NCBI RefSeq assembly: GCF_054482525.1
Contig: NZ_CM137006.1
DNA length: 64,000 bases
Direction: 5' to 3' (one strand)
Numbering within the stretch: the stretch's first letter is position 1; each line of letters starts with the position of its first letter. Below the pieces are notes generated by a model. It ran no database searches and was not told where the DNA came from. It worked only from the letters and a program-made list of their open reading frames with translations. This document shows positions 45,410 through 55,739 of this stretch, one piece after another. The position numbers and the translations under genes were made by a program.

Positions 45410-46154
45410 TACACGCTATTCCTTGTGCAATCAGGCCAGCTCGCAATAAAGGCAGCAACTATGCTTGAAGCCCCTTTCACCGCCGGATAAATAATATCCT
45501 TACGGCAATTGGTAACCGTATAAAATGCTTGATGTTTTGAACTGCCGTTGACGAAGATGAAGTAATCTGCTTTTTTGGCAGCATCCAATAACGCATCAAT
45601 GGCAACGCGATCATTGTTGAGCTCAATTCATAGCGCCGGATACAATTTCAATAAGGCGTCTTTACCACGTTGCGTGGCATTTTTGTAATACTGTAAAACA
45701 CCCGCTTTTTCCCGCGGAGATTCCGATACAACGGAGACGTTACGCTTGCTGGTATGGTTTCTGTCGGGAGGGTACTACCGATATCCTTACAAACGTAGAG
45801 CTGTTCCATCATGCGTGCCAACAACAGCATACGGATATCCAACCGTTCCCAGCGACGTAGGAACATCTCGCGAATGTTAATCCAGTACTGTAGTCGGCGA
45901 TCGCTATCACCAGATTCACAATCATAAAGAACCTCTGCAATATCAAGAGTATACTTGAGAATTTATGTCGATTCATTTTTCGTGCACAACATTTCGATAG
46001 CTTCGAGGGCATCATGGTATTCTTTGTGACTGAAGGTCCATGAAAGTAACGTATCCAGAATAATCCCTGTAGTTGCCAAAATGAGTTGATCACTACACAA
46101 TGATTTGTTTGTACAGAAGGAACGATTATTATATGTTCTTGTAGGGCAGAGCAC
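45397..46154 (-). pseudogene. frame-disrupted remnants of a larger gene (possibly the yjhR-like gene that neighbours nanS in K-12)
   Basis: Four short minus-strand ORFs in three frames (45397-45588, 45648-45866, 45809-46093, 45963-46154); my translation across 45720-45400 reads ...SPREKAGVLQYYKNATQRGKDALLKLYPAL*IELNNDRVAIDALLDAAKKADYFIFVNGSSKHQ... with an in-frame TGA, i.e. a decayed C-terminal coding region. Confidence 0.4.
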
Positions 46155-46271
46155 GTTGCTACGGTAACAGCGTTGAAGATAATTTGGTCGAGACTGTAGT
46201 GGCCCAGTTTAAAAGGTAGCAGAATTTTAAAAGTGTCAGGTGCATAGAATTAAAAAAATGGAACTATAAAA

Positions 46272-48005
46272 ATGGAAATCATGTTACCAAAAAACACCTT
46301 ATATGACAGAGAGCAAAATGTCTTTTTTGAAAAGGTTACGGCCTTAATTGGCGAAAATGGTGCTGGTAAGTCCTCGATTTTACAATCCGTATTTATTAAC
46401 TGTTTAACAAAAAAATATCTACCAGAAACAAAGGTTGTTTGTTTTTCTTCTGGACAAAATGAGAAATACTCAACGTACTTCTCTGATTATCTTTCTCATG
46501 AAAGGCAAGCAAATAGAGGTCTTAACTTAGATTGTTGTTATTACGATAAATCATGGTCAAAGTTACTAATATTCATATCCACAATTTGTAAATCAAATGG
46601 TCTTGTTAGAAATTTTTTATGTGAGAAAGGCTATATTGATGTATCAGATGATAAAAATGATGATATATCAAGCAAGCTTACATTGACGGTCCGAGTAAAT
46701 TCGGCTTACGTTAATCGAGTAAAAATGGCATTAGCACAAGAAGAACAAGGTATTGAAAATACTTTAAGGTATTCAGCTTATCATAGGACTTTAGAAAGTT
46801 TCATTAATAATATTGTTAATGCTGATTATGATTTCGAGTCTCCACTTGAAGCTCAAGAGATCTTGCTAACTCATTCAAATTTTTTCAATCCATCATTTGA
46901 GGAAGCAGAAGATTCCTTTTTTGATCCTATCATAACATTTTTCACTCAAGCAGCAGATAATGATTACTTTATAATAAAACCATCATTACAGCTAGAGTTT
47001 AAAAATAATATCGAACTGAATGATATTAGTGATGGGGAATATCAAGTACTCTTTTTATACTCTCTGCTTGATATTTTTGATAGTCCTAATACTTTATTCT
47101 TATTAGATGAGATAGATTCCCATTTACATTACAAGAATATTGAGCTCTTATGGCATCGACTACATAGTATTAATGGTTATGCGATAACAACCACCCATCT
47201 ATTAGACTCAATTACAGCTACTGATAATGATTTTAAAAACTTAAAGATTGTTGATAAAGGAAAAATAAAAGAAGATGATAAAATAAAAACTATAATAGAA
47301 CGTTTATCTGTCTTGACAAGAATATCAGACGTACAGTTCGAAGTGTGTCGTAAACTAGAAAACATAGTATTGATGGATGATTATAATGATTGGACTATTT
47401 TTTATGCCTTAGCAAAGAAAAAAGGACTTGATGTATCAAAGTTAGATGGCCTCCATGCAATAAAACAGTCCTCTGGTTACGATAATTTAAATCAAGAGTT
47501 CGCAAAACCAAAAATAGAGTGGATTAATTCGCTTTCAAATGTAAATACTGATAAGAAAGTCAAAAAAATATTCATGATCTGCGACAAAGATGAGGCTCCA
47601 ATTACCTATCAGAAAGATGGAGTTCAAGTCAATGGAAGTGAATATTCAAAACATATAGCGAAGTTAGAAAATAAAAACAAAAATAAAATATATCTCCTTG
47701 CTTGGAAAAGAAGAGAAATAAAAAACTACTTATTATCTTATACGGCATTGTCTCATCATGGATTTATCGGGCAAATAAACAATGGTGATCTGCCGGCTAA
47801 CAGTTATTTAAAAGAAAACAATCCTGGAGATAATTCAGCAATTAGCCGGCTTAATGTAAAACATTGCATCACAAAAATAATTGATTCTGATGGTATAGGA
47901 TTAGATATCTCAAAACTTTACTCATATATAGAACTTATACCACCTGCTGAGATCAGTGAAGATATAGTGAACATGTACAATTTTTTGGTGGAGAAATTAA
48001 AATGA
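46272..48005 (+). CDS. ABC/SMC-type ATPase (AAA_21/OLD-like) with a C-terminal ~240-aa putative nuclease-like (TOPRIM/DUF4435/RloB-like) domain
   Basis: 577-aa ORF in very AT-rich DNA; Walker A GENGAGKSS (aa 27-35), Q-loop FSSGQ, signature-like DISDGEYQVL, Walker B/H-loop LFLLDEIDSHLH; C-terminal region with acidic clusters (VLMDDYND, FMICDKDE) and LAWKRREIKNYLL motif; start M1 vs M4 uncertain. Confidence 0.8.
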   Translation: MEIMLPKNTLYDREQNVFFEKVTALIGENGAGKSSILQSVFINCLTKKYLPETKVVCFSSGQNEKYSTYFSDYLSHERQANRGLNLDCCYYDKSWSKLLIFISTICKSNGLVRNFLCEKGYIDVSDDKNDDISSKLTLTVRVNSAYVNRVKMALAQEEQGIENTLRYSAYHRTLESFINNIVNADYDFESPLEAQEILLTHSNFFNPSFEEAEDSFFDPIITFFTQAADNDYFIIKPSLQLEFKNNIELNDISDGEYQVLFLYSLLDIFDSPNTLFLLDEIDSHLHYKNIELLWHRLHSINGYAITTTHLLDSITATDNDFKNLKIVDKGKIKEDDKIKTIIERLSVLTRISDVQFEVCRKLENIVLMDDYNDWTIFYALAKKKGLDVSKLDGLHAIKQSSGYDNLNQEFAKPKIEWINSLSNVNTDKKVKKIFMICDKDEAPITYQKDGVQVNGSEYSKHIAKLENKNKNKIYLLAWKRREIKNYLLSYTALSHHGFIGQINNGDLPANSYLKENNPGDNSAISRLNVKHCITKIIDSDGIGLDISKLYSYIELIPPAEISEDIVNMYNFLVEKLK

Positions 48006-49909
48006 ACACCTCTTTATTTGAAGATCTACTTACACTAATCAAGAAAAAGAGTTCGATAAGAAATACAGAGCAAGCAGTAGAGTTAATTTCATTATTTATT
48101 TTTTTACATTATATAAAATTATATCTTTATGAAAATGATAAAAGATTTTCAGATATAAAAAACATATCAAGCAACAACATTAATGAAATTAAATATTATT
48201 ACCAGCAACTATATGAAAGTTTTATTTTCTCGATAGATATAAAAAATATAAACCACGACATGCTTGAAAACCTCAGGAGTAAGATAGGTTTTTTAATTAA
48301 TAACATCAATGACCATGAAATAATTAAATATATAGATTATTCTATTTCGCAGATACATTCACTTACAGAATTCCATCAATATGCAAATTCTTATCAATCT
48401 TTAATTCTTAGGATGGTTAATGAATCGGGTCGTTCAGGTGAATATGTTACTCCATCTGCTTTAGTTCAGCTCATGGTTGAAATGTTATCACCTACAGATG
48501 GCACATCAATCTACGACCCAGCATGTGGAACTGGGGGTTTATTAATAGAGTCAGCACGATATATTAAAGGCAACAGTTTAAACAAAAACTTAAATTTAAA
48601 TTATTCCCTTATTGGTAATGACACATCATCATTTGCCTGTCTAATCTCAATTGTTAACCTTTTAATCAATAAAGAATTTAATTTTGAAATAATACTAAAA
48701 GATAGCTTAGATATAAATTATAAGAATAAAAAATATGACTTTGTTTTAACTAACCCACCATTTGGGAAAAAGAGCTGTTGGGATAATATTCATATTGACA
48801 CACATTATAAAGGACCTAATCTAGACTATTACTTCCTGGAGCATGTTATTGACTCTCTCGCTGTTAATGGCAAAGCAGCCATGATATTACCAGAGCGTTT
48901 TTTATATGATGTGAGTGAAGAGTGCATCACTCTTAAAGATAAGATCTTCCAAAATTATAATTTAGATTGTATTTTATCTATACCGTCAGGTGCATTGCTT
49001 CCTTACACTGCAGTAAAATTATGTATTCTTTTTATAAGTAATTCTGGCCCAACAGATAGAATATTTTTCTACAATTTAAATAATGGTGAAAAATACTCAC
49101 GTACAAATATTATAAAATTCGATGATTTTATAGATTTTTTAGAGTCAGCAAAAAATAGAACAATAACTGAACACTCCTGGATTATCAATATTAGTGATAC
49201 ACCTTCATCTTATAACTTACTCTTAAAAGATAAAGAGCGAAACTCATATGAGTTTCTTAGTGATTCTATAGTTAACATTGAACAGACAATACGTAATAAT
49301 GAATTATTACTAACAGAGTTGTCTTTATTAAGAGAAAAAATAGCAATCTTAGAGTCAACAATAAAAAATCATTCGCATGAATATGAATTTGAGAGACTTA
49401 AAGTTGGAAATATTGCAATAGTAAAATCCGGAAATTTATTACAAAAAAACAGGCTGTTACCCACTGGACCAATTCCTGTATACGGTGGAAATGGAGTTAT
49501 TGGATATAATAATGAAGCAATGGAAAATGGTGAAAATATTATTATTGGTAAGGTCGGAGCTCTTTGCGGAAACGTTCGGTATGTTCAAGGTGATATTTGG
49601 GTGACAAATAACTCATTAATTATTAAGAATTATTCACCAAATAAAGTTTTAACACCCTACCTTGCAAAATTATTATCTACTTTAAACTTAAGAAGGCTCG
49701 CCGTTGGTACCGCTCAGCAATATTTAACCACGACACAAATAAAAAATGTAGAAGTTAGTATTCCACCTTTAACGACCCAGTATAAATTAAATATTTGGCT
49801 TGATGAGTTAGATAATACGCTTGAACAATATAATAATCTCATTGAAAAAATAATGAATGATAAGCGAGAACTTAAAGAGAATTTGTATAAAGGTCTTTTA
49901 ATAGAATAG
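48002..49909 (+). CDS. N6-adenine DNA methyltransferase (HsdM-like, gamma class) fused to a single HsdS-type target-recognition domain (M-S fusion)
   Basis: 635-aa ORF overlapping the upstream ATPase gene by 4 nt (ATGA); motif X/I GEYVTPSALVQLMVEMLSPTDGTSIYDPACGTGGLL, motif IV FVLTNPPFGKK, then a TRD with HsdS hallmarks (GNIAIVKSGN...IPVYGGNGVIGY...IPPLTTQYKLNIWLDELDNTLEQ). Confidence 0.85.
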   Translation: MNTSLFEDLLTLIKKKSSIRNTEQAVELISLFIFLHYIKLYLYENDKRFSDIKNISSNNINEIKYYYQQLYESFIFSIDIKNINHDMLENLRSKIGFLINNINDHEIIKYIDYSISQIHSLTEFHQYANSYQSLILRMVNESGRSGEYVTPSALVQLMVEMLSPTDGTSIYDPACGTGGLLIESARYIKGNSLNKNLNLNYSLIGNDTSSFACLISIVNLLINKEFNFEIILKDSLDINYKNKKYDFVLTNPPFGKKSCWDNIHIDTHYKGPNLDYYFLEHVIDSLAVNGKAAMILPERFLYDVSEECITLKDKIFQNYNLDCILSIPSGALLPYTAVKLCILFISNSGPTDRIFFYNLNNGEKYSRTNIIKFDDFIDFLESAKNRTITEHSWIINISDTPSSYNLLLKDKERNSYEFLSDSIVNIEQTIRNNELLLTELSLLREKIAILESTIKNHSHEYEFERLKVGNIAIVKSGNLLQKNRLLPTGPIPVYGGNGVIGYNNEAMENGENIIIGKVGALCGNVRYVQGDIWVTNNSLIIKNYSPNKVLTPYLAKLLSTLNLRRLAVGTAQQYLTTTQIKNVEVSIPPLTTQYKLNIWLDELDNTLEQYNNLIEKIMNDKRELKENLYKGLLIE

Positions 49910-49915
49910 ATCACA

Positions 49916-49946
49916 GTAGCAGGGTGTCCACAATACACCCTGCTAC
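49916..49946. terminator. hairpin between the convergent M-S methyltransferase gene and hsdR (putative bidirectional terminator)
   Basis: gtagcagggtgt-ccacaat-acaccctgctac: 12-bp perfect inverted repeat with 7-nt loop, 7 nt after the methyltransferase stop. Confidence 0.5.
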
Positions 49947-49989
49947 TGGTTGCAAGTAAGTTGCAATATCTGTACTGCTGAAGCTACGA

Positions 49990-52900
49990 TTAATAATGCT
50001 CCTCAATATACCCATACGCCTTCTGGAACAACTCTTTATCTTTCCCTAGTCCAAACTGGGCCAAGGTCAGCAAAAGCGCCTTTTGGATTTCGCGCGGGCC
50101 ACTGTTAGAATTTTGCCAGCCATCAAAGCGGGTAGCTTTCACAATTTTATCAATTTGCTCTACAACATCACCGATTAACTTAGGGGTAGTTTCCGGACGT
50201 GTTTCGAGGAAAAGCTTAGTCAACGCCTGTTTATTATCAGCTTCAGTTACTGGACGCTCGCCCGTTTCGCGCTCGGCTTGAACGGTATCTTTCGCTGCAT
50301 CCAACAGGCCTTTCAACCAGTCAATGGCCTTGATAACACCAGCTTCATAGTCCTGACGCAGTTTTTCAAGGCGCTCGCCCAATGCCACAAATTTAGGATC
50401 ATGACTGCCGCGCAAACGTCCCATAAGATCAATCTCCAGGCGTTTAGCACGTTGTTCCTGCTCTTTAGCGGTCAGGGTAAAAATAGCGTGCTCGTCCATG
50501 ACCAACTCGTCAATATCATCGCGAATACGATTGATATCAGTATGCTCATGGATCATCTTGATTGTTTCGGGGCCAAGGGCAGCCCAAACAAGCGCACCTG
50601 TCTGCCCTACCGGACGCACCGATTCATAAATTTGCGCCAGCCATTTATAGTCCTGACGATAAGGGGTCAAAAAAGGGTCTGGGTTGATAGCTGACCATAA
50701 CTTGGATAACACACCAAAGCTGGCAGCGAATTCATCGCGCTTCTCGTTGGTCGGCAGGCATTCCTGCGCGGCCATAATACCTTCAAAACCAGCTATGGAC
50801 CGATCCACACCAGGGAAGAAGGACAAACATTTATTCAGTTGTAACGGCAATAGCTCTTTAAATGCCTCAATTCCCTCTACAACTCCTTCAATTTCTTCAG
50901 GGTTATAGGCCAGAGCGGTACGCAGATTTTCGAAAACGCCGAGGTAGTCGATAATTAATCCCATGTCCTTGCGTACAGTATCGGTTTCGTACAGCCGGTT
51001 AGTTCGGCACATGGCCTGCAGAAGGGTATGATCGCGTAGAGGCTTATCGAGGTACATGCAGTAGCAAATCGGGGCATCAAAGCCCGTAAGCAGCTTGGCG
51101 GTTACGATAATAAGCTGTAATGGATATTCAGGATCTTTAAAGCACTCAATTAGATCCTTTTGCACCTGCTCTTCGGCATCGATGTGCTGCCAGCGTTCAA
51201 AATCGACTTGTTTGACAGGCAGCTCCAACTCATCATGCCATTTAAGCCAATCCTTGTTGAGCTTGTCTTTTTTGCCACCCTCTTCAACTTTAATCGGAGC
51301 CTGGTCAACGTTCATAACCACTTCAACTGCATCAAAACCAAGCTTTTCACCGAGCAAATAATACATCTGCACACAGGCTTCGCGATCGTATACCACAACC
51401 ATGCCTTTCATCTTTTTCGGCATAACATGGTTGGTAAAATGCTCAGCAATATCATTACTCACCGCAGCCATACGTCTGGGAGATTTCAGCATAATAGCCA
51501 GCTTGCCGGCACGTCTGGACAATGCTGCTTTTTCTTCTTCATCCAGGTTGTTTTCGGTAGCCAGTTGCTCGAACTCTTCATTGATGGCATCACGATCCAC
51601 TCGGAGTTCAGCCAGCCGAGGTTCGAACTTCACCGGGTTAGTTGCGCCATCCCGGATCGACTGCTTATAGCTATAGCGGCTCATATAGCGACCTGGATCT
51701 TCTTCGGCACCGAACAATTTGAACGTATTACGATCAATGCCAGAAATCGGAGTACCAGTCAGGCCATAGAAGTGGGCATTGGGCAACGCCCAGCGCATTT
51801 TCTCGCCTAATCCCCCTTCCTGTGTACGGTGAGCTTCGTCAACCAACACAATGATATTGTCCCGGTTGTTCAGGCCATTAGGGTTGCTATCGTCAATTTC
51901 GATATCTTTAAATTTAAAGATGGTGGTGATTAAAATGCCACGGCTGTCTTGTTCAATGTATTCACCCAACTTTTTGCAGCTTTGCACTTTAATCAGATTC
52001 TTAACGTCGGCTCCACCAAAGGTCTCGTTAATTTGGCTGTCCAGATCTCGCCGGTCCACAACGATAAGTACCGTCGGGTTTTTTAACGCATTATCGGCAC
52101 GTAGCATTTTGGCGGCGTAAAGCATCAACAAGGATTTACCCGATCCCTGGAAATGCCAAATAAGACCTTTTTTTGGATAGCCTCTGCGAACACGCTCAAC
52201 AATTTGTTTTGCAGCTTCAAATTGCGGATAACGCGGCAAGATTTTAACGCGTTTAGGTGGAGTATTTTTGCCCGTTTTGACGGTTGAAAATAATGCAAAA
52301 GATTCCAGTAACTGCAATAAGGTTTGCGGATTTAACAAACTCTCACAGCTATTGAGTACCGATGCCAGACCCGGCAAAATTTCATCACGAAGCTCAGTAT
52401 TATGCCAGGGTCCCCAGTCTTTAACTCGGGCATTAATGGCTCCATAGGCAAAGGTTTTACCTTCGCTGGCAAAGCACAGCAAGTTAGGTACAAAGAAAGA
52501 TTCAACATTTTTCCAGTAGTACTTTTTGCCACCCATGAAATCGGCAGCACCGTCTTGCCAGGTCACGCTGGGGCGTGTTGCGGTTTTAACTTCGCCTACT
52601 ACCAGTGGCATGCCGTTCACATAAAGAACAATATCAAAATAGACTTCAGTGGCCGCGATATAGTGAACCTGCTGCGCCACTACAAAGTGGTTGTTCTCTA
52701 TATTGTCAAAATCAATCAGATTGATGGTGATATGGTCGCCATTCTTACCAAAAGGCAAGGTTTTGTCGGCCATCAACCATTCCTGGAAGTTTTCATTGGC
52801 CTTTACCAAGCCGGTATGGCGGGCTTCTAAAACCACTCCTCGCAGTTTGTAAATGACCTCATCGGCATAGTCAGGCTGTCTGCCGATATCAGGGTTTAAC

Positions 52901-53052
52901 GAACAAAGCGCGTCTTTTAGCCACTCATCAACGAATATATCCTGCGCTTGTTTAGGCAGGTTTTCACCGTGGCAGTAAGTCCACTTGACTCCGCTTAAAC
53001 CTTTTAAACGGTCGATAATTCCATTTTCTGTGACGGTTTGTTCGTTAAACAT
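49990..53052 (-). CDS. hsdR: Type I restriction enzyme R subunit (DEAD/DEAH helicase-nuclease)
   Basis: Track ORF 49990..53070 begins at TTG; ATG six codons in (MFNEQTVTENGIIDRL...) has AAGGAAAT RBS; Walker A HFQGSGKSLLM, DEAH box VLVDEAHRTQ; ~1020 aa. Confidence 0.9.
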   Translation of the reverse strand: MFNEQTVTENGIIDRLKGLSGVKWTYCHGENLPKQAQDIFVDEWLKDALCSLNPDIGRQPDYADEVIYKLRGVVLEARHTGLVKANENFQEWLMADKTLPFGKNGDHITINLIDFDNIENNHFVVAQQVHYIAATEVYFDIVLYVNGMPLVVGEVKTATRPSVTWQDGAADFMGGKKYYWKNVESFFVPNLLCFASEGKTFAYGAINARVKDWGPWHNTELRDEILPGLASVLNSCESLLNPQTLLQLLESFALFSTVKTGKNTPPKRVKILPRYPQFEAAKQIVERVRRGYPKKGLIWHFQGSGKSLLMLYAAKMLRADNALKNPTVLIVVDRRDLDSQINETFGGADVKNLIKVQSCKKLGEYIEQDSRGILITTIFKFKDIEIDDSNPNGLNNRDNIIVLVDEAHRTQEGGLGEKMRWALPNAHFYGLTGTPISGIDRNTFKLFGAEEDPGRYMSRYSYKQSIRDGATNPVKFEPRLAELRVDRDAINEEFEQLATENNLDEEEKAALSRRAGKLAIMLKSPRRMAAVSNDIAEHFTNHVMPKKMKGMVVVYDREACVQMYYLLGEKLGFDAVEVVMNVDQAPIKVEEGGKKDKLNKDWLKWHDELELPVKQVDFERWQHIDAEEQVQKDLIECFKDPEYPLQLIIVTAKLLTGFDAPICYCMYLDKPLRDHTLLQAMCRTNRLYETDTVRKDMGLIIDYLGVFENLRTALAYNPEEIEGVVEGIEAFKELLPLQLNKCLSFFPGVDRSIAGFEGIMAAQECLPTNEKRDEFAASFGVLSKLWSAINPDPFLTPYRQDYKWLAQIYESVRPVGQTGALVWAALGPETIKMIHEHTDINRIRDDIDELVMDEHAIFTLTAKEQEQRAKRLEIDLMGRLRGSHDPKFVALGERLEKLRQDYEAGVIKAIDWLKGLLDAAKDTVQAERETGERPVTEADNKQALTKLFLETRPETTPKLIGDVVEQIDKIVKATRFDGWQNSNSGPREIQKALLLTLAQFGLGKDKELFQKAYGYIEEHY

Positions 53053-53053
53053 T

Positions 53054-54241
53054 TTATATTTCCTTATCAATCATAGCTTGGCGCAGTTGAATAATTTTCC
53101 CCAAGGATTCATTGTGCCTATAAATATTCTCATACGAACACTTAAACGTATTAATGATTGATGCTTGAATATCGAAGGGAGGAATAGGAATTTGAATTTT
53201 TAAAAAGTTATCTTTATTTATTTTCTTCATACTTCCGCTAGTTCCAGCAGCAATACCTTGAATAGCTCGACGGCCATATGGAGACATCAGATAGTACATT
53301 AAAAACTCTTTTTTAATAAATTTTTCGTCAACAGCCAATCTCCACATCGTGTCTGGGAAAATCGTATTCCCATTGCCAGTCGATCCTTTATATTTTCCAA
53401 CTAAACCAACCAACTCCGCTGTATTAGAACGAGAGATTAACAAATCACCATCATTGCATGTTTTTCCTTTTAAAAAATGATCTTCTGTAATATTTTTTAA
53501 AGTAGTTTCTCTGAATCCTGATTTCGACAAACTATTTAGGTTCAGGACATAGTACCCAGTCCCGACTGCGGTTTCAACAGGAGAATATCCCCCTTCTGGA
53601 GAATCAATTAAAACATCTTTAATAGAACCAAAAGTCCATCCAACCGGAAGAGGAACACATTTATTCTCCCTCGAATCAAAGTAGTTATCAAAAGTCCGTA
53701 GACCAATAGCATATAATAATCTTTTAGCTGCTTTGAGAGCACTTAAATATAGAAGTTCTTTCTTTGCTAACGAATCAAAGATTATTAATGACGAGTATTG
53801 CTGTTCAATGCTCGGTATATTAACTTCTAGTTTATTTAAATCACTCCATTTTATTCGCGATGATAGCGAGCCGGCGGAATTTGCAATCACCTTTTCCATA
53901 AAAGAGGTTGATTGCATCAAGTGGGGTAAGTACCCATCCAATAAGTAGTTGTTTTTCCTTGGTTTAATTACCATTGCATCAGCAGAGCAAATACCATTAA
54001 TAGGGCTCACCGACACCCTTTTTAAATATGTATTTCGTCTACTAAAAATTATTTCGCCACACTTTACCTTAAAGGCTTGTGTTTTCAATTCAACGTCAGC
54101 CCCCCAATCATGAACATAAAAATAACCAGATTTCAAATGTTCCAACCCAATAAAATGCTTAGCATCGTCGCTTGTTGGGGAGATTCTAACCATAACCTGT
54201 TCAGCAAGATCACCAAATGTAACATTTCTTTTATTATTCAT
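53054..54241 (-). CDS. hsdS: Type I restriction-modification specificity subunit (two target-recognition domains)
   Basis: Track ORF 53054..54292; probable start MNNKRNVTFGDLAEQ at 54241 overlapping the hsdM stop; two TRD halves with a central conserved region; the stop lies within ~15 nt of the hsdR start. Confidence 0.85.
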   Translation of the reverse strand: MNNKRNVTFGDLAEQVMVRISPTSDDAKHFIGLEHLKSGYFYVHDWGADVELKTQAFKVKCGEIIFSRRNTYLKRVSVSPINGICSADAMVIKPRKNNYLLDGYLPHLMQSTSFMEKVIANSAGSLSSRIKWSDLNKLEVNIPSIEQQYSSLIIFDSLAKKELLYLSALKAAKRLLYAIGLRTFDNYFDSRENKCVPLPVGWTFGSIKDVLIDSPEGGYSPVETAVGTGYYVLNLNSLSKSGFRETTLKNITEDHFLKGKTCNDGDLLISRSNTAELVGLVGKYKGSTGNGNTIFPDTMWRLAVDEKFIKKEFLMYYLMSPYGRRAIQGIAAGTSGSMKKINKDNFLKIQIPIPPFDIQASIINTFKCSYENIYRHNESLGKIIQLRQAMIDKEI

Positions 54242-55739
54242 TATTATATTTCTCTCTATCAATTTCATAGCCAATGCTATCCAAGCTATCAAACAATACC
54301 TTGATATTTCTTTTGAGTTTTACGCTACTGACTTTCCATGATTCGATAGCATGCTGAATATCATTCATTTTGACATTGTTTTGAGATTTCACATAAAGTG
54401 AAATCGATAAATTATAGAAATTTTCTTTAATAGCTTCGATATCCACTAAAGCGGTTATGTCGTTTTTTTTCTCCGGATTAAAATAAGCCTCGCATAATAC
54501 TTCCAAATCATCATCAGATAGGCGACTATGGGCACGTTCACGGGTAACATACTCAACCCCGTTGATAAACAAAACCTTATTTTTGCGTTCAGCAGGTTTA
54601 TTGCAATTAAGCACCACCAAGCAAGATTCCATCGGCGAGTTGTAAAACAGATTTGGTCCCAAACCAATCACCGCTTCGATTATGTCGGATTCAATCACCT
54701 GTTTACGAATGGCTTGTTCAGAATCACGGAACAGTACACCATGCGGCCAGAGCATGGCAGCACGACCGGTGTCGGGTTTTAAACTTTTGATTATATGGGT
54801 ATAAAACGCATAATCAGCACAACCTTGTGGAGGCACGCCATAGAGATTACGCCCATAGGGATCGGCTGCAAACTTGTCACGATTCCATTTCTTAATGGAG
54901 TATGGTGGGTTAGCAAAAATCACATCAAACTGCTTGAGCCGATCGTTTTCAATAAACTTTGGCTCAGCCAAAGTATCACCACGCAGCACATCAAACTCTT
55001 CAATATCATGCAGGAACATATTCATACGAGCAATAGCGGAAGTCAGCAGGTTCACTTCCTGACCATAAAGGTGCACAGAGCGCCACTCTTCTCCTCTTGC
55101 ACGAAGATCCATCACTGCATTTAGCAACATCCCTCCAGTGCCACACGTTGGATCATAGGCTGTTTCACCCGGTTTTAAGCCCATAATGCGCGTCATTAAA
55201 TGCACGACTGTTCGGTTGGTGTAGAACTCTGCTGCCGTATGACCGGAATCATCAGCGAACTTTTTAATCAGGTATTCGTAGGCCTCACCAAGATCATCCT
55301 GAGCGACAGATTTAATACCGAGCGGTATTTTACTGAAATGTTCAATCAGATCAGCCAGCAGATGATCGGGCAGGCGCTCTTTATTGGTCCACTGCGCATC
55401 ACCGAAGACGCCATGTAAACGCGGATTATTGGCTTCAATTAGTCGAAGCGCATTCTGGATCGCTTCACCAATGTTTTTACTGGTATTGCGTACCTTTTCC
55501 CAACTGGCTTCAGAGGGAATATTGAAACGGTGAAACATCGGCATGGCGGCATATTCAGCATCACCTTCATGGAGTTCCAGCGCTTCGTTATATTCTTCCA
55601 GATAGACATCTGACAGGCGTTTGTAAAACAGCAACGGGAAGATATACTGCTTGTAGTCTGATGCGTCAATTTGGCCACGAAGAAATTCGGCGGCTCCCCA
55701 GAGCAGCTCTTCCAGCTTTTTATTACTCATAGTACTCAT
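54234..55739 (-). CDS. hsdM: Type I restriction-modification N6-adenine methyltransferase subunit
   Basis: 501-aa ORF; HsdM N-domain (LEELLWGAAEFLRGQIDASDYKQYIFPLLFYKRLSD), motif I DPTCGTGGML, motif IV NPPYS; motif X reads AEFYTNRT rather than the usual GEFYTPR. Confidence 0.9.
   Translation of the reverse strand: MSTMSNKKLEELLWGAAEFLRGQIDASDYKQYIFPLLFYKRLSDVYLEEYNEALELHEGDAEYAAMPMFHRFNIPSEASWEKVRNTSKNIGEAIQNALRLIEANNPRLHGVFGDAQWTNKERLPDHLLADLIEHFSKIPLGIKSVAQDDLGEAYEYLIKKFADDSGHTAAEFYTNRTVVHLMTRIMGLKPGETAYDPTCGTGGMLLNAVMDLRARGEEWRSVHLYGQEVNLLTSAIARMNMFLHDIEEFDVLRGDTLAEPKFIENDRLKQFDVIFANPPYSIKKWNRDKFAADPYGRNLYGVPPQGCADYAFYTHIIKSLKPDTGRAAMLWPHGVLFRDSEQAIRKQVIESDIIEAVIGLGPNLFYNSPMESCLVVLNCNKPAERKNKVLFINGVEYVTRERAHSRLSDDDLEVLCEAYFNPEKKNDITALVDIEAIKENFYNLSISLYVKSQNNVKMNDIQHAIESWKVSSVKLKRNIKVLFDSLDSIGYEIDREKYNNE

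Noticed and set aside
51160-51810. 216-aa plus-strand ORF
   Set aside because: Antisense shadow inside hsdR.
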